Positions 24,683 to 37,379 of a stretch of DNA of 64,000 nucleotides are shown here, piece by piece. The stretch spans positions 96,908,001 through 96,972,000 of the forward strand of contig NC_087472.1 of NCBI RefSeq assembly GCF_036321535.1, written 5' to 3'. The first letter of the stretch is position 1; each line of letters opens with the position of its first letter. A program made the translations under genes and the position numbers. The DNA is from Camelus dromedarius (Eukaryota). Under the pieces are notes generated by a model. The model searched no databases and was not told the DNA's origin. It was given only the letters and a program-made list of their open reading frames with translations.

Positions 24683-25045
24683 TTTGAACTTATCTTTGCA
24701 GTTGATTTGGTATTTCTTCTTTGTTCCTTTCTTCTTCCTTTTGTGGTTTGATAATTTTCCTTTGTATTATCATGGATTTTATTTAGTTTTTGTGACTCCC
24801 TTGTAAGTTTTTGGCTTGTGGTTACCCTTTTCTGTAAGTCTGTTAGCCCATTACTATATCTCGAACCCATCCTACCGAAAACAGAAAATTTAAAAAAGAA
24901 AAAAAATACTCTATATTTTCTTGCTTCCCTCTCCCACTCTTAATGATTTAGATGTCTTCTTTTATAATTTTGTGTTTATTTGTAATTCATGTAATTCATC
25001 ACCTTTCCAGTTATGAGTTTCTCATTTCTGTAGCATCCTTTCTAT

Positions 25046-25939
25046 TTAGAATAGACCTTTCAATATTTCTTTTAGCATGGGTTTAGTGTTGCTAAACTCT
25101 TTTAGTTTTGGTTTGTCTGTGAAATTCTTTATCTCTCCTTCTATCCTAAAGGATAGCCTTGCTGGATAAAGTATCCTAGGCTGTATCTTTTTTTCATTCA
25201 GGACTTTGAATATATCTTGCCACTCCCTTCTGGCCTGTAGTGTTTGTGTAGAGAAATCAGCTGAGAGCCTTATGGGGGTTCCCTTGTAACTCACTCTTTG
25301 CTTTTCTCTTGCTGCCTTTAGGATCATTTCTTTATCCTTGACTCTGGCCATCTTGATTATGATATGTCTTGGTGTGGGTCTGTTTGGGTTCTTCCTGTCT
25401 GGGACCCTTTGAACTTCCTGTACTTGGATATCTGATTCCTTCTTTAAGTTTGGGAAGTTTTCAGTCATGATTTCTTCAAAAACCTTTTCGATCCCCTTTG
25501 ATCTTTCTTCCCTTTATGGGACCCCTATTATGCGAAGATTGGCACGCTTTATATTATCCCATAGGTCCCTTATGTTGCTTTCATTTGTTTTTATTTGTTT
25601 ATTTTGCAGTTGTTCTGATTGGGTGCTTTCTGTTGTCCTGTCTTCTAGGTCACTAATTCGTTCCTCTGCATTATCTAGTCTGCTTTGCACAGCCTTTAGA
25701 TCTGTTCTCATCTCAGCCAATGAGTTTACCAATTCTACTTGGCTCTTCTTTATAGCTTTGATTTCATTTTTGATGTATTTTATATCTCTAAACACTATCT
25801 CTTTTAGTTCCTTCAGTACTTTGATCACTCCTTTTTTGAAATCTTGATCTAGTAGGCTATCGAAGTCTATTTCATTGATCATTCTTTTAGGGGATTTCTC
25901 TTGTTTTTTTAATTGGGAATGGTTTCTCTGCTTCTTCAT
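25046..25939 (-). pseudogene. ORF1: L1 ORF1 with one in-frame stop
   Basis: ORFs 25514-25939 and 25046-25468 are in the same frame. NLRIIGVP*REE (TAA at 25514-25516), TPRHIIIK, ARREW and YPARLSF motifs. Confidence 0.95.
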
Positions 25940-26094
25940 CTTGCTCCTATCTCTCTGGCACTGTGGCTTATGGAGTATCAGTTATCTATTGTGGTCCTTA
26001 AAGGAGTTTATTTATTTATCTATCTAATGCCTATGTAGGAATAAAACTTAAAAAATAATAAAAGGAGAGAGAGAGAAACAGAATTTTTAAAAAG

Positions 26095-26790
26095 GAGAAG
26101 AAAAGGTTTGAAAACAGTGTATAATCAATTATAGAAGCGCAATTTGAATCAGGCTAGCATTCGAGTTGAGAGGTCTTTTTTAGGAACCCTTAAAAAAAGG
26201 AAAAAAGGTCAAAAAACGATATTTGTAACCTATTTATAATAACAGGAGATCAAAACCAAAAGAAATGAAAATGAAATCAGGTGGATTTCTTAGAAGTAAT
26301 AATATAATTACTTTAAAAGAAAAATTTAAAAAGGAATTAAAACTAGAAGCATATACAATTGTTTAGAAAGAAAAATTTAAAAAGGAATTAAAGCTAGAAG
26401 CATATACAATTGTTTAGAAAATAGAAATTAAAAAGGTGATAAAAATAGAACATATAAAAAAAGATTTGATAAAGAGAATTCTGAAAAAGGGGAGGAGAAA
26501 AAGGTTTGAAAACAGTGTATAATGAATAATTGAAGAGCAAGTTGAAGCAGAATAGCAATTCGGTTGATACGTCTCTTAAAAACCTTTAAAAAAGGAGAAA
26601 AGAGGAAAAAAATATGTTTGAACCCCTTGTATAATCAATAACAGGAGATCAAAACTAAGAGAGAAAAATGACATGACATGGATTTTTTAAAGTAATAATA
26701 ATTTAAAAAAATTTAAAAGGGATTAAAACTAGGAGGATATATAATTGTTTAAAAAGTAAAAATTAAAAAGATAATAGAAAATACAACAGG
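26095..26790. repeat. Diverged ~400-bp tandem duplication plus a near-perfect 50-bp tandem duplication inside the L1 5' UTR
   Basis: aaaaggtttgaaaacagtgtataat at ~26101 and ~26499; aataacaggagatcaaaac occurs twice; 50-mer at 26317-26366 and 26367-26417. Confidence 0.85.
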
Positions 26791-26819
26791 TAAAAACAGA
26801 TTTAAAAAAAAAAGGGGGG

Positions 26820-27951
26820 GGGGTGTTCTCCTGGAGACTGTGTGCTCTTAATGAGAAGTCTTTCTGTTCTCGCCCTGTTTCCCGAACTCAGCTTGCTGTT
26901 TCCAGAGACCCTCCGTTGGCGCCCTCATCTGTGCTGCTCCCAGTGCCTGTCGGCAAGCAGGTTGCGCCCCCTCCCAGCACAGCGTTCCTGCCGGAAAGGC
27001 GGGGGACCACCCGCTGTCTCCCGGCAGCTCTGGGCCACCACGCGCTCTGCGCGGCCACGCACTCCGCCCTGGTCGGCACTCCGCAGGCGGGCCCGGGAAG
27101 ACCGCAGAACAGCCCTGCCCCTGCTCTGTGCCCAAACTCAGCTCCTTGTTTGTCCTGGTGGCACGAACTTTGTGAGGCACCAGGACGGAAGGATCCTATC
27201 TGACTCGGGCTGCAAACAAGTCACTGTCTGGCCTTTGAGGCTGCGGAGCCCACAGTCGCTGACTCAGGTTTCACCCCCGCCCCCACCTGGGTGCCAAGCG
27301 CTGGAGGATATGGCAGCCGTGCCTGAGCCCCACCTCTCCTTGCGAAAACCTTCCGTGGGTTTTAAGAGAGCAGGGTATGCACCCTTCACTCCAGGGCACA
27401 TCAGGCGTGCTGATTTATGGAGGGCCCAGGTGGTTCTTCTCTGTGCACCCACTCATCCACGTTGCGCAGCCCCCTTCAGTCCCCCGGGGCTGACTCAGTG
27501 CAGCCGCCCATCCTCTGCCTGGCTTGTGCAGCCTGGCCCTGCCCCCAGCTCCCGGGGTCTCAGGCTGGGTGTCACAGGGACCCCCTGTGCCCGTTTAACT
27601 TAGTTCTGTCAGTCAAGGGCTGCTGTGTACAGATCTGAGCCTCAGAGGCTCCCCCTCCATCCTGCTGGCCTCTCCATTGGAGAGGGGAGACCCAGCGAAC
27701 AAGCGCCAGTCCTCCTTTGCTGCTCCCTCCCCGCGGGACCGGTCCCACACTGTTTTGCCTTTTCCTCTTTCTTTTTTTCCTTTCTCCTACCAGATTTTTG
27801 ACGTCTTTGTCTTTTGAAGAGGACAGTGTTCTGTTGGAGTTCCGCAGGTGCTCTGGTTGGCTGAGTGGGTCCGTGGATGTGAGTCTTGGTGTATCTGTGG
27901 GAGCGGGTGAGCTATGAGCGTCCTACTACTCCGCTATCTTGGCCTTGTCCC
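26820..27951 (-). promoter_or_regulatory. L1 internal promoter / CpG island
   Basis: The only long CpG-dense block in the window. Minus-strand ccaagatagcgg at 27931-27942 is a YY1 site (aagatggcg) with one substitution. Confidence 0.8.
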
Positions 27952-28449
27952 ACTTCTGAGTTTTTAGTGTTCTTTATATGTTGTAGATACTAGTCCTTTG
28001 TTAGATACATGGTTTTCAAATACTTTATCGCATCCTGAAGCTTGTCTCTTCATCCTAACAGGTTTTTTCAGAGGAAAGTTTTTAATTTTGATGAGATCCG
28101 TTCTACCAAATAAACACTTTTACTAGATTTCTTACCGAGATATAGATTGTGGAGGAACCTATAATAAGACAGTTATTATAGATCCATTGTAATATATAAT
28201 TTACATCGAACATGTCCCTTTCTGGACTAAAATGAAACTTTAATAAAAAGCGCAATTTACCTGTATGCTTGTGAGTAATAAAACATCTTTTATTCCTGTC
28301 CTTTACCTCAATTAGATTAAAATATTTTTGAGGGTAAAGATTGTGTGCATTCATCCTGAATCCTCTTTAAATTTGAGTACAGTGTTTTACACAGAACAGG
28401 TGTTCAACAAATATATTCTAACATTCCATCAATCATCATGGCAGGGCGT

Positions 28450-28670
28450 AAAGAAGTAGAGTTTGAAACCTTAAGTTCAAAGGGATTGTCTGTGGTGAAA
28501 AATTGGGCAAGTCACTTAACTTCTTTGAACTTCAATTTCCTTACTTCACATTTTGGGTAATAATACAAACCTCATAGGCCTGTAGTGGGGTTCAAGTGAG
28601 ACCACATATGTAAGGCACCAAGTAGAGTGCTTGACACTTAGTAGACTGTAAATAAACGGTAACTATTATA
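28450..28670 (+). mobile_element. MIR
   Basis: gggcaagtcacttaacttctttgaacttcaatttcc..gtgcttgacacttagtag..aataaacggtaactatta. Confidence 0.75.
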
Positions 28671-29854
28671 GTTATCAGGATTTCAGCTTCATAACTCCTT
28701 GAGCAGCAGGAGTTATAAGGACTCAGATGACAGATGAGTCTGAATAGATACTATGTTATGTGAGCCGAACTGCATGAAAAGTTCTGATTATTTTAAACCA
28801 CACATCCAGAAGAAAACAAAATTTTATTGATGCACGCCATCATACAGCACAAATTATTTAGTTTGGTGAGTACATCAGGGTCATTTAAAAATATAGTTTA
28901 TGCAGTTAACTGGTGTTATAAGTTGAGAAATCTTTGAACCTGAACAAAACAGCAAATGTTTATAAAAATTGTTAATGCATAGAGGAAAGAAATAAAATAA
29001 TTGAAATTAATTCCAAAAAATTTATACATTTTATTGCATGTTGCATTTCTTCATGAGCATAAGATAAAGTAGGAGCTGAATTGAATTCGTGTGCTTAAGT
29101 ATAAAGTAAATTTAATCAAGTGCTGAATATCAATTTACATAGAAAATTACAGAGCAAAACACAAATATTTTAAGTCAGCTAATGACTTAGCATTAGCTAA
29201 GAGATTAAAGTTTACCTATGTTTCAGTTAACAATATAACTATATTTGCAGTTTGGAAATTGCTTTTCTTATGTTGTCGTAGTTAGCAATTTGTATCAGCA
29301 CAAGTTTCAGTTACGTATTCTTGTAATCATTTTAAATTCAAGAGTTGCATAATTTGATTTCATTGGTCTTAAGCAAATGCTTCATGAATTTTATAATTGA
29401 ATGTAATTGATTTCATCAATTGGATATTGAATACAGTGAGAGTGTGGCTATTAATGGGCATATATAAATATGTTTACAAAATTTATAGATATATTCCTTT
29501 GGCTTTTTGACAAACCCTGTGGAGAAATGTTCTGTTCAGTGTAATTGTCCTCAATTTTTTGGACTTGACCTTGTAAGAGAGCAGGAATTAAAAACCTGAG
29601 TAATATTTATAAAGAATTTATTTAAAAACAGACTAATTTGATAGGTGGCTTGACTGTTTTTCTTCTGTAAAGCACTCAGAATATTAATTAGAATTTTTTC
29701 CCTCAGGATTCACTGCACACTCTGATGAGGATACAAGATGGGTAGTTAAAAAGTTAAAAAACACTATGCGAAGTGGTTGCAGATTTGAGATTTTTCTAGG
29801 GAAAATAGTAAGTAATTAAATAAAAAGACTCATATGAGCAGATTGTTTCTTAAG

Positions 29855-30015
29855 GTGATGCTTCTCAAACTTAAGTATGCATATACATCACCTGTTAATC
29901 TTGATGAAAAGTGTAGATTCTGATTCACTAGGTCTGGGGTGAGACCCAAGATTCTGTATTTCTAACATACTTTTTCAGGTGATGCTGATCGTTCTGGTTT
30001 AGGAAGCACATTTTA
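29855..30015. mobile_element. MER5A-like hAT-Charlie DNA transposon
   Basis: ttctcaaactt..catcacctg..gattctgattcactaggtctggggtgagacccaagattctgtatttctaac..ggtgatgctgat. Confidence 0.75.
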
Positions 30016-30999
30016 TTTCTAGTCCTTAGTATGCTGTCTCTCTGAAAACAGTTTAGAGTATGGTTTACTGGGGCTGCATCACAGCAAAGGGGTTATACAC
30101 TGGAAAGCAGCAGAGGCTACCAGGCCCCATACTTCTGTTCCCACAGTAGTTCACACTGGGCTCAATTTCTAGCTGTTGTGGCCTGAGGATGGTGGTGGCT
30201 TCTGATTTGTCAACAGCTCACAACCACACCTAGCCTCCACTCTGAGAAATTGTACAAATGCACAATAGGGACATATTGTGCTCCCATCTTGGCTTTCAGT
30301 TGAGAAAAATAGTGACTGCCAACTGTAGCCAGGCAGTGAAGAAGCTGGGGGACTTCTGTTTTGTCCCACCCTCAGATCTCCTGCCCATGCCTCTGATTGG
30401 CCAAACCCAACTGGAAGCCAGAGCATAAGAGAGTCAGTGGATATATTCCGTGAAAATTAGTATAGGGCACGGAGAAGAAAAATTAAATGGAGAGGGAAAC
30501 AGAGAATGTTCAGAATACCTATTTAAAATACCTATAATATAATTCTGTCATGATATAGCACATGTCATGAATTGGTTAGAGTGACATTTTGCAAGGAGTG
30601 TATGGATCAGAGTGGGGAGAAAGGTTATCGCTTGGGTATAGATATGAGAAAGCTCTTTAAGTGGTTTTGCCTGTACTCAGCCCCAAAATATTTACTGCCA
30701 TTGCCAAATAGAGTCCAATCAAGAAACTCATTTGTAACTTATCTAGAAGGTCTCTGTAACTTTTATCTTTAGGAAGAATACCAAAGAATGATGAATACAT
30801 TTTGTTTAATGGGAACTATAAGCAGTTTAATAGAGAATGAACAATTGTGTGCAACCACTATAAATTAAATTAAGTGGGTTCTGGTATTACTTTTCAGTTA
30901 CCATCTCAAGGAACAGATGATACCTCTTTCTTAGGAGTGACTAAAAGAATGATCCCTGGTCTGTTAAGATCTGGATTTCTCTTCTTGCATGACCTACTC

Positions 31000-31410
31000 T
31001 ACTGGTTAGGATGTACCTTCTGCTGCATATAACAGAAATGGAAATTAAGAACAACTTAAACAAGATAGAAGTTTATTTTTCTTTTAGGTAGTAGTCCCTG
31101 GCTCATATGGCAACTCTGCTCTACTAGGTTGTACAGGGATCCAGTTCCCTTCCATCTTGTTGCTTCTCTGTCTCTCCTCTGTGTTTGTCTATACAGTTCA
31201 AGGGGGCTGGCCATAATATTCATATTCTAGACAGCACAACAGAAGAAGCCATAGGAGGGAGAGAAGGAAAATACACTCCTCCTTTTAAGGATGAGAACTA
31301 AAGTTTGCACATGTAACTTCTTTTCACACCTTATTGGCCAGAACTTAATCACATGGGCATGCACAGCAGCAAGATTCTCAGAAATTCATCTTTTAGTTGG
31401 GAAACCATAA
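31000..31410 (-). mobile_element. MLT1-type MaLR LTR fragment
   Basis: gctgcatataacagaa..cttaaacaagatagaagtttattttt..ttggccagaacttaatcacatgg. Confidence 0.65.
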
Positions 31411-31447
31411 TCAGCATAAACATTTCATTACATTTAATTATATCCGA

Positions 31448-32772
31448 CCGGATCAGACCTAAATGTAAAATGCAAAACTGTAAAACTTCTAGAAGATAAT
31501 GTAGGAGAAAAACTGGATGACCTGGGGTTTGGCGATGGCTTTTTAGATACACCACCAAAGACACAACCCATGAAAGAAAGAATTGATAACCTGGTTTTCA
31601 TTAAAATAAAAAATTTATGCTCTGTGGAAGACACTGTCAAGAGAAGAAAAAGAGAAGTCACAGACTGAAAAATATACTTTGTCTATATTATAAAAAACAT
31701 ATATGATAAAGGACTTATCCAAAATATACAGAGAGCTCTTAAAACTCAACAAAAGGAAAACAATCAGATTTAGAAATGGGCCAAAGACCTTATAGACCCC
31801 TTACCAAAGAAGATATCCAGATGGCAAATAAGCATGTAAAAAGATGCCCCACACCATATGTGATCAGGGAAATGCAAATTAAAGCAACAGTGAGATGCCA
31901 CTACACACCTAATAGAATGACCCAAATCCGGAACACTGACAACATCAAAAACTGGTGAGGCTGTGGAGCAACAGGAACACTCATTAGTTGCTGATTAGAA
32001 TGCAGAAATGGTACAGTCACTTTGTATGACAGTAGTTTCTTTCAAAACTAAACACACTCTTGCTATACAATCCAGCAACTGAGTTCCTTGGTCTTTACTC
32101 AAACAAATTGAAAATGTATGTTCACACAAAAATCTGTGCACAGATGTTTATAGCAGCTTAATCTGTAATTGCCAAAACATGGAAAGCAACCAAAATGTCC
32201 TTCAGTGGATGAATGGATAAATAAACTGTGGTACATTCAGACAATGGAATATTATTCAGTGCTGAAATGAAATGAGCTATCAAGTAATGAAGGACATGGG
32301 AGAAACTTAAATGCATGTTATTAAGTGAAATAAGCCAAGCTGAAAAGGCTATATACTGTATGATTCCAACTATATGACATTCTGGAAAAGGGAAAACTAT
32401 GGAGACAGTAAAAGGATCATTGGTTGCCAGGGGTTAACGAGGAGGATGGGATGAATAAACAAAACAGGATTTTTAGGGCAGTAAAAATACTTTGTATGAT
32501 ACTACAATGGTGGATATATGTCATTATACATTGTCCAAACCTATAAAATGTGCAACACCAAGAGTGACCTGTAGTGTAAACTGTGGACTTTAGGTGATAA
32601 TGATGTGTAGGTTCTTCAGTTGTAACAAATGTACCACTCTGGTGGGGGATGTTGATAATGGCGGTAGTGCATGTGTAGGGGCAGGAAATATATGGGAAAT
32701 CTTTGTACCTTCCCCACAGTTTTGTTGTGAACCTAAAACTGCTCTAAAAAATAAGGTGTATTGAAAAAAAAA
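31448..32772 (+). mobile_element. L1MC-like 3' portion
   Basis: ORF2-end peptides (KEDIQMANKHVKRC..IREMQIK), L1MC 3' UTR and A tail at ~32764. Confidence 0.85.
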
Positions 32773-33809
32773 GATACTGTGGGGAAGAGTCCATAGATTG
32801 AGGCAGGATGGCCTCAAAGGTCATCTAATTGAATTCGTTCATTTTGCAGTTGGGAAAAGTGAGGCCCAGACAGAGTGAATGACTTGCCTAACATCACACA
32901 ACCAATTAACAGTATAACCAGAACAACTCCTGAGTGACTCAGGGATCCCTTTTAGGGGGAATGAAAAATAAACGTGACTCCACAATTGAGCGGAATCTCT
33001 ATCTGGCAAGATCATACCCAGCCTTCCCGAGCAGGGCTCTAGGTGGTTCCATGGAGTCCTCATGGCCAGCATTTTCCCATGGAGAGCGTGAGGCACAACG
33101 AGCCTGCCACCATGCTCAGGTTCCACAGGTGGTAAGAAACCTGTCAAAGCCTGGATGCTAGGTCTCCTGACCCCATTCCTCACTGTACCCCTTCCCCTCT
33201 TTCCAGAAAGACCTTCCTCCTTCACTTAAATGTGTCTCAAGGCACAAGATTCTAGATTATGCAGTGACAGCACCACAGACCCGGCACCTCTCTGCAGCAT
33301 GTTCTCATGCCACAACACACAGCTTTCTTCTCTGTGCTTCTAGAACATTGCCTAGATCAGCCATGGCTACTACCAAAAAACCCTGTATCACATAAAAGAA
33401 AGGGAGAATGGATGCTGGGGGACAGCCAGCCGCCCCTCCCACACTTGGGCTCCTGTGGCCTTCCTCTGGATCTTTTGCTGTTGTTGCCACATAGCCATCA
33501 GCCTTGGAAAGACTCTTATTTGTATCAGGCCATTGGTATTTGTGAAAAATGCTACGTCTTTGCCCCACAATGTTGTAATCTTTGTGTTGCTAAGGAAATG
33601 TGAAAGTTTTGCTTCTTGTCAGTATGTTGTGCTGGCTGCTGTAACTTTTTACATGGAAATTGTTTCTCATTCTGTTTGTAGGGTCTGCAGCTTTTGTCCA
33701 TTATTCACCTGAGCACCCTATTTTCTAGTTTCTCTAGTCATCAGCTACCATGTTTATGTGTGAGCAGCAGTTTTGCTCCTTTGTGTCAAGATGTTTTGTT
33801 ACTTCTTTG

Positions 33810-34860
33810 TTTATTCCTTCAGGAATAATTATTAAATGTCTACTGTGCCCTGGGCAGAATATAAATTATTGGTTAGTGAACAGGACAGGCATGGTTTTTG
33901 CCCTCATGAAATTTATAGTCCAGTAGGGGAGAAAAAAATAAAGATTATATAATATACATATGTGTGTTTATATACATATTTATATATATACACACGCACA
34001 CACACACACACACACACACGCGCACACACACACATAGGCAAACCAAGGCCACACACAAACGTATATATCCATGTATATGTACATATGTACATGAATATAC
34101 ACACATATATCTTAGAAATGTTGCTCATTGCTCTAAATGAAAAGGAAGAATGGAATCAGAGTAAATATGGAGAAATATTATATTATATTTGGGTGGAAAG
34201 GTCAGGAAAGGTTTCTCTGAAGACATGACACTTAAGTTGAGGCATAAAGATAAGTATGGATGAACTGTGGGGAGAGGGGAGAAGAGTAGCCTAGGCAGAG
34301 AGGACAGCATGGATTATGGTTCTGAGGAGGGAATGAGCTTAATAAAAATCAGGAAAACTAAAAATAGGTGAGTTTTAATGGAACAAAGTGGAATGTGGTA
34401 CAAGATGAGGTTAAAGAGGTTGGCAGAAGCTTGAAATTCATGGAAGGCTGTGGATGTCATTTTGGATTTTATTCTAAGTGCAGTGGGAATTTGAAGAATT
34501 TTAAGTAGGAGAGTAACATGATGTAGCTCACGTTAGTATTCCTTTGGCTGCCTTGTGGAAAGTGGATAGCAGGAAGGCCAGAGTGGAAGCAAGGAGACCA
34601 GCTCACAGGCTATCATATAGTCGAGGTGCATGATGATGGTTGCTTGTTTTAGGTGATGGTACTAGAGATGGGTTTGAGTCATATTATGGAGGTATATTTA
34701 GCAGGATATGGCAGCAGGCTGAATGTTGCAGATGAGGAAGAAGAAGGAATCAATAGTGCCTGTTAGGTTTCTAAGTTTATCCATGGGCTGGATGGCAGTG
34801 ACTTTTTCAGAAATGGCTAAGAGTGAAAGTAGAATAGATTTTGCAGAAAGATGAAAGGAA
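33810..34860 (-). mobile_element. L2, containing a (TA)n/(CA)n microsatellite at ~33950-34110
   Basis: L2 3' end (gtgaacaggacaggcatggtttttgccctcatg..) and internal ttttggattttattctaagtgcagtggg. Confidence 0.75.
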
Positions 34861-35509
34861 AGTTTTTGATTGGGTCTAGACTGAAAATAGACTTATCTTA
34901 TGGGTTAATATCTACTCCTGGACACAGCAGGTCAGGGGTTTATGGTTAATCATAGTTCCTTGATTTTAAGATGCCATAAGTTTTCAGGTGCTGCTTTGCT
35001 TTAACATCAGCTTTTCATAAAGAAAGGAATGCTCTCCTGTTAAATGTGCACATGGATGTAACACGCATATCAGTTGAATTGTTAGAATGTGGAAAGTACA
35101 TCTTAGATTTGAGGAAATTTAATATTTCAAGCCCACTACCATGTAAAATAAAATTGTGAAGGGTAGACCCAAATAAACAGTTTATTTTTAATTTCTAAAA
35201 AAGCTCAAGGAAATCCTTTCATAACTTTTCAGAAATGGATATCCAGCTGTCTATCAGATATCTTTACATGAATGTTTCATGAGTACCTCAAAGTTCTGTG
35301 TGTTTGAAATGGAATTCACTCTTTGCCGTTAATCTGAATTCTGCTTCTCTTCCTAAACCTCCTCTTTTGGTTAATGGCACCACCATCCTCTTAGGTTTTT
35401 CTTTCATTCGTTTATTCATCCATTCAACATTTATTTATTGAGCTCTGACTAGCAGCTAGGTACTGTGTTCTCAAACCTTTTTTTATAGCTCTGTCTGAGA
35501 GATTCAAGA

Positions 35510-35890
35510 CTTGTGATAGCTTCACCATGTGATTTGCTTTGGCCAATGGAACAATAGTAAATGTGATACAAGTGGAGACTTTAAAAGTGCTTGCACAGTG
35601 GAGTTTGATCTCTCTTGTTGCTCTTGGGAACTTTGTGATTGCCACTGTGTGAATAAGCTTAGGCTAACCTGCTGGATGATGAAGATTATGTGACCAGGCT
35701 CTTCCTATTACCCGATCTGACATCAGGTCCACAGCCAGATGTGAATGATGCTAGTCTAGATCATCTAACCGAGTCAAGTTGGCCCAGACCAGAAAAACTG
35801 CCAAGACAATTCACAGAACTATGAATAATAACATATGTTAGTAGTTTTAAGCACTAAGTTTGAAATAGTTTGTTATGCAACAAAATCAAA
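35510..35890 (+). mobile_element. MLT1-type MaLR LTR
   Basis: catgtgatttgctttggccaatggaa..ttttaagcactaagtttg..gtttgttatgcaac. Confidence 0.75.
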
Positions 35891-37379
35891 AGAGTCATGG
35901 ACCATTTCCTTAGTAACTCTGTAGGAGTGGGTGAAGGAGTCTGATTTCACGTCTGTTCTGACATCTACATTTTGATACCTCAAGCAAGGAGAGCCCCATT
36001 CCAACATCCTATTATGTTAGATACTAGCTTCTTCAGTTTTACAGAAGATAAATCCTCACCGAAATTAAATGGCTTGTTCAAGGCCATGTAACTATTAAGT
36101 TGGAGAGCTATGATTTGAACTCACTTCTTTTTGAATCCAAAGCCTTGCTTTTTTCTGTAACATCAAACTACATATTTCTCAAATATTCCCTCAAATATTC
36201 TAGATTAATGTTATGAAGGATAAAGCATGATTCCATGTATGCTAAGATGTTTGCAAATAACTTTTATGTTTCTGCAAAATAGAACAAAGCAAAACCAAAA
36301 CTCCCAAAACCTGTATGTCATATTGTGCATTTTATGTAGTTAAGAGACTCTTAGCTATAGTAGTACTTAATGCATTTCAATTTCAAAGCACTGGATTTAT
36401 AAACTGCTTTTAATTAGACAGATGTATGTATTTACATGTTCTTATATAAATAAACATCTGTGCAATGCATTATAAGTACCTGAGATGATTACATTTTCAC
36501 TTAAGGAAGAGTCCCTTCATTTGTGTCTACAACATGTTTATTTATTCTCTTATACTTCCATTTCATATTCATGCTCAGCCCTAAATGGGCTCATACTGCA
36601 TTTCTCTTCTTAATTTCCTTTTTCCTTGTGCAACATCAGTTACTACAAAGAAAGAAGTAAATCCTGTGGGGTGCACAAGCTCCTGCTTGGATATAAATTG
36701 GAAACCTAAAATCATTTAAAATATGTGTTATATTTATTTACATTATATTATATTTATAAAAGCTTTCAGTTTTAAAGTAAAAACCGTAGGCCTTTTCTAA
36801 AAGGCAAAGCAGATGCTTGAATATATAGTACAGTACACTCGTTTTTTTTTTTTTACCATTTTGATGAAATATCATATAACTATACTTAATTATACATATA
36901 GAGAGTATGAATTTTTAGTGGCCACAAACTTGAAGGTGGAATAGGGACTGAAGTTAGTCTCTATCTTGAACTTGAGTTATAGCAGAAAATGTAATCTAGT
37001 CAGTTCCAGGTAAACTCAGTCCCTTCCAGTTTCTTTTCCATGCAATTTTCAAGTTAAAACTATGAGTTTTACATCATTCACTTTTCTCCATGAGCTCCTA
37101 ATCCCATTCTATTTCCATCACAGAGTTTTATCATAATACAATTTATCTTTAGATGTCTATTACTTCTCTGCAGAAATATACATAAATGAATAATTTAAAA
37201 AATTTCTGTGTCCTTCATGGGGCTGAAAGTGTTAAAACACTGGCTTGTGGATTAAATTAAATTTCTTTCAAAGGAATTTCCTTTAAAGTCCTTGCACATT
37301 TAGTCCCATCTTCACATCTGTTTCTGAGAGAACCTGGATTAACACATCTGTCTTTAGCTTATGATTCATAAGAAACCCT

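Larger units (their letters stand above)
20530..27951 (-). mobile_element. Full-length (~7.4 kb) lineage-specific LINE-1, inactivated
   Basis: T-rich tail at ~20530-20582, 3' UTR, ORF2, ~360-bp spacer, ORF1, and a ~2-kb 5' UTR with CpG island ending in a YY1-like motif. Confidence 0.97.

Noticed and set aside
20878..25939. Active L1
   Set aside because: ORF1 nonsense codon, mutated ORF2 start, multiple frameshifts, and YADD changed to YADN.
32839..33712. Cluster of overlapping 60-128 aa ORFs in a GC-richer patch
   Set aside because: No recognisable domain or consistent splice structure; ORFs on both strands are consistent with base composition alone.
33913..34228. ORFs rich in HT/CV/YI repeats (also 42921-43257 and 55246-55479)
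   Set aside because: Translation artefacts of (CA)n/(TA)n microsatellites.
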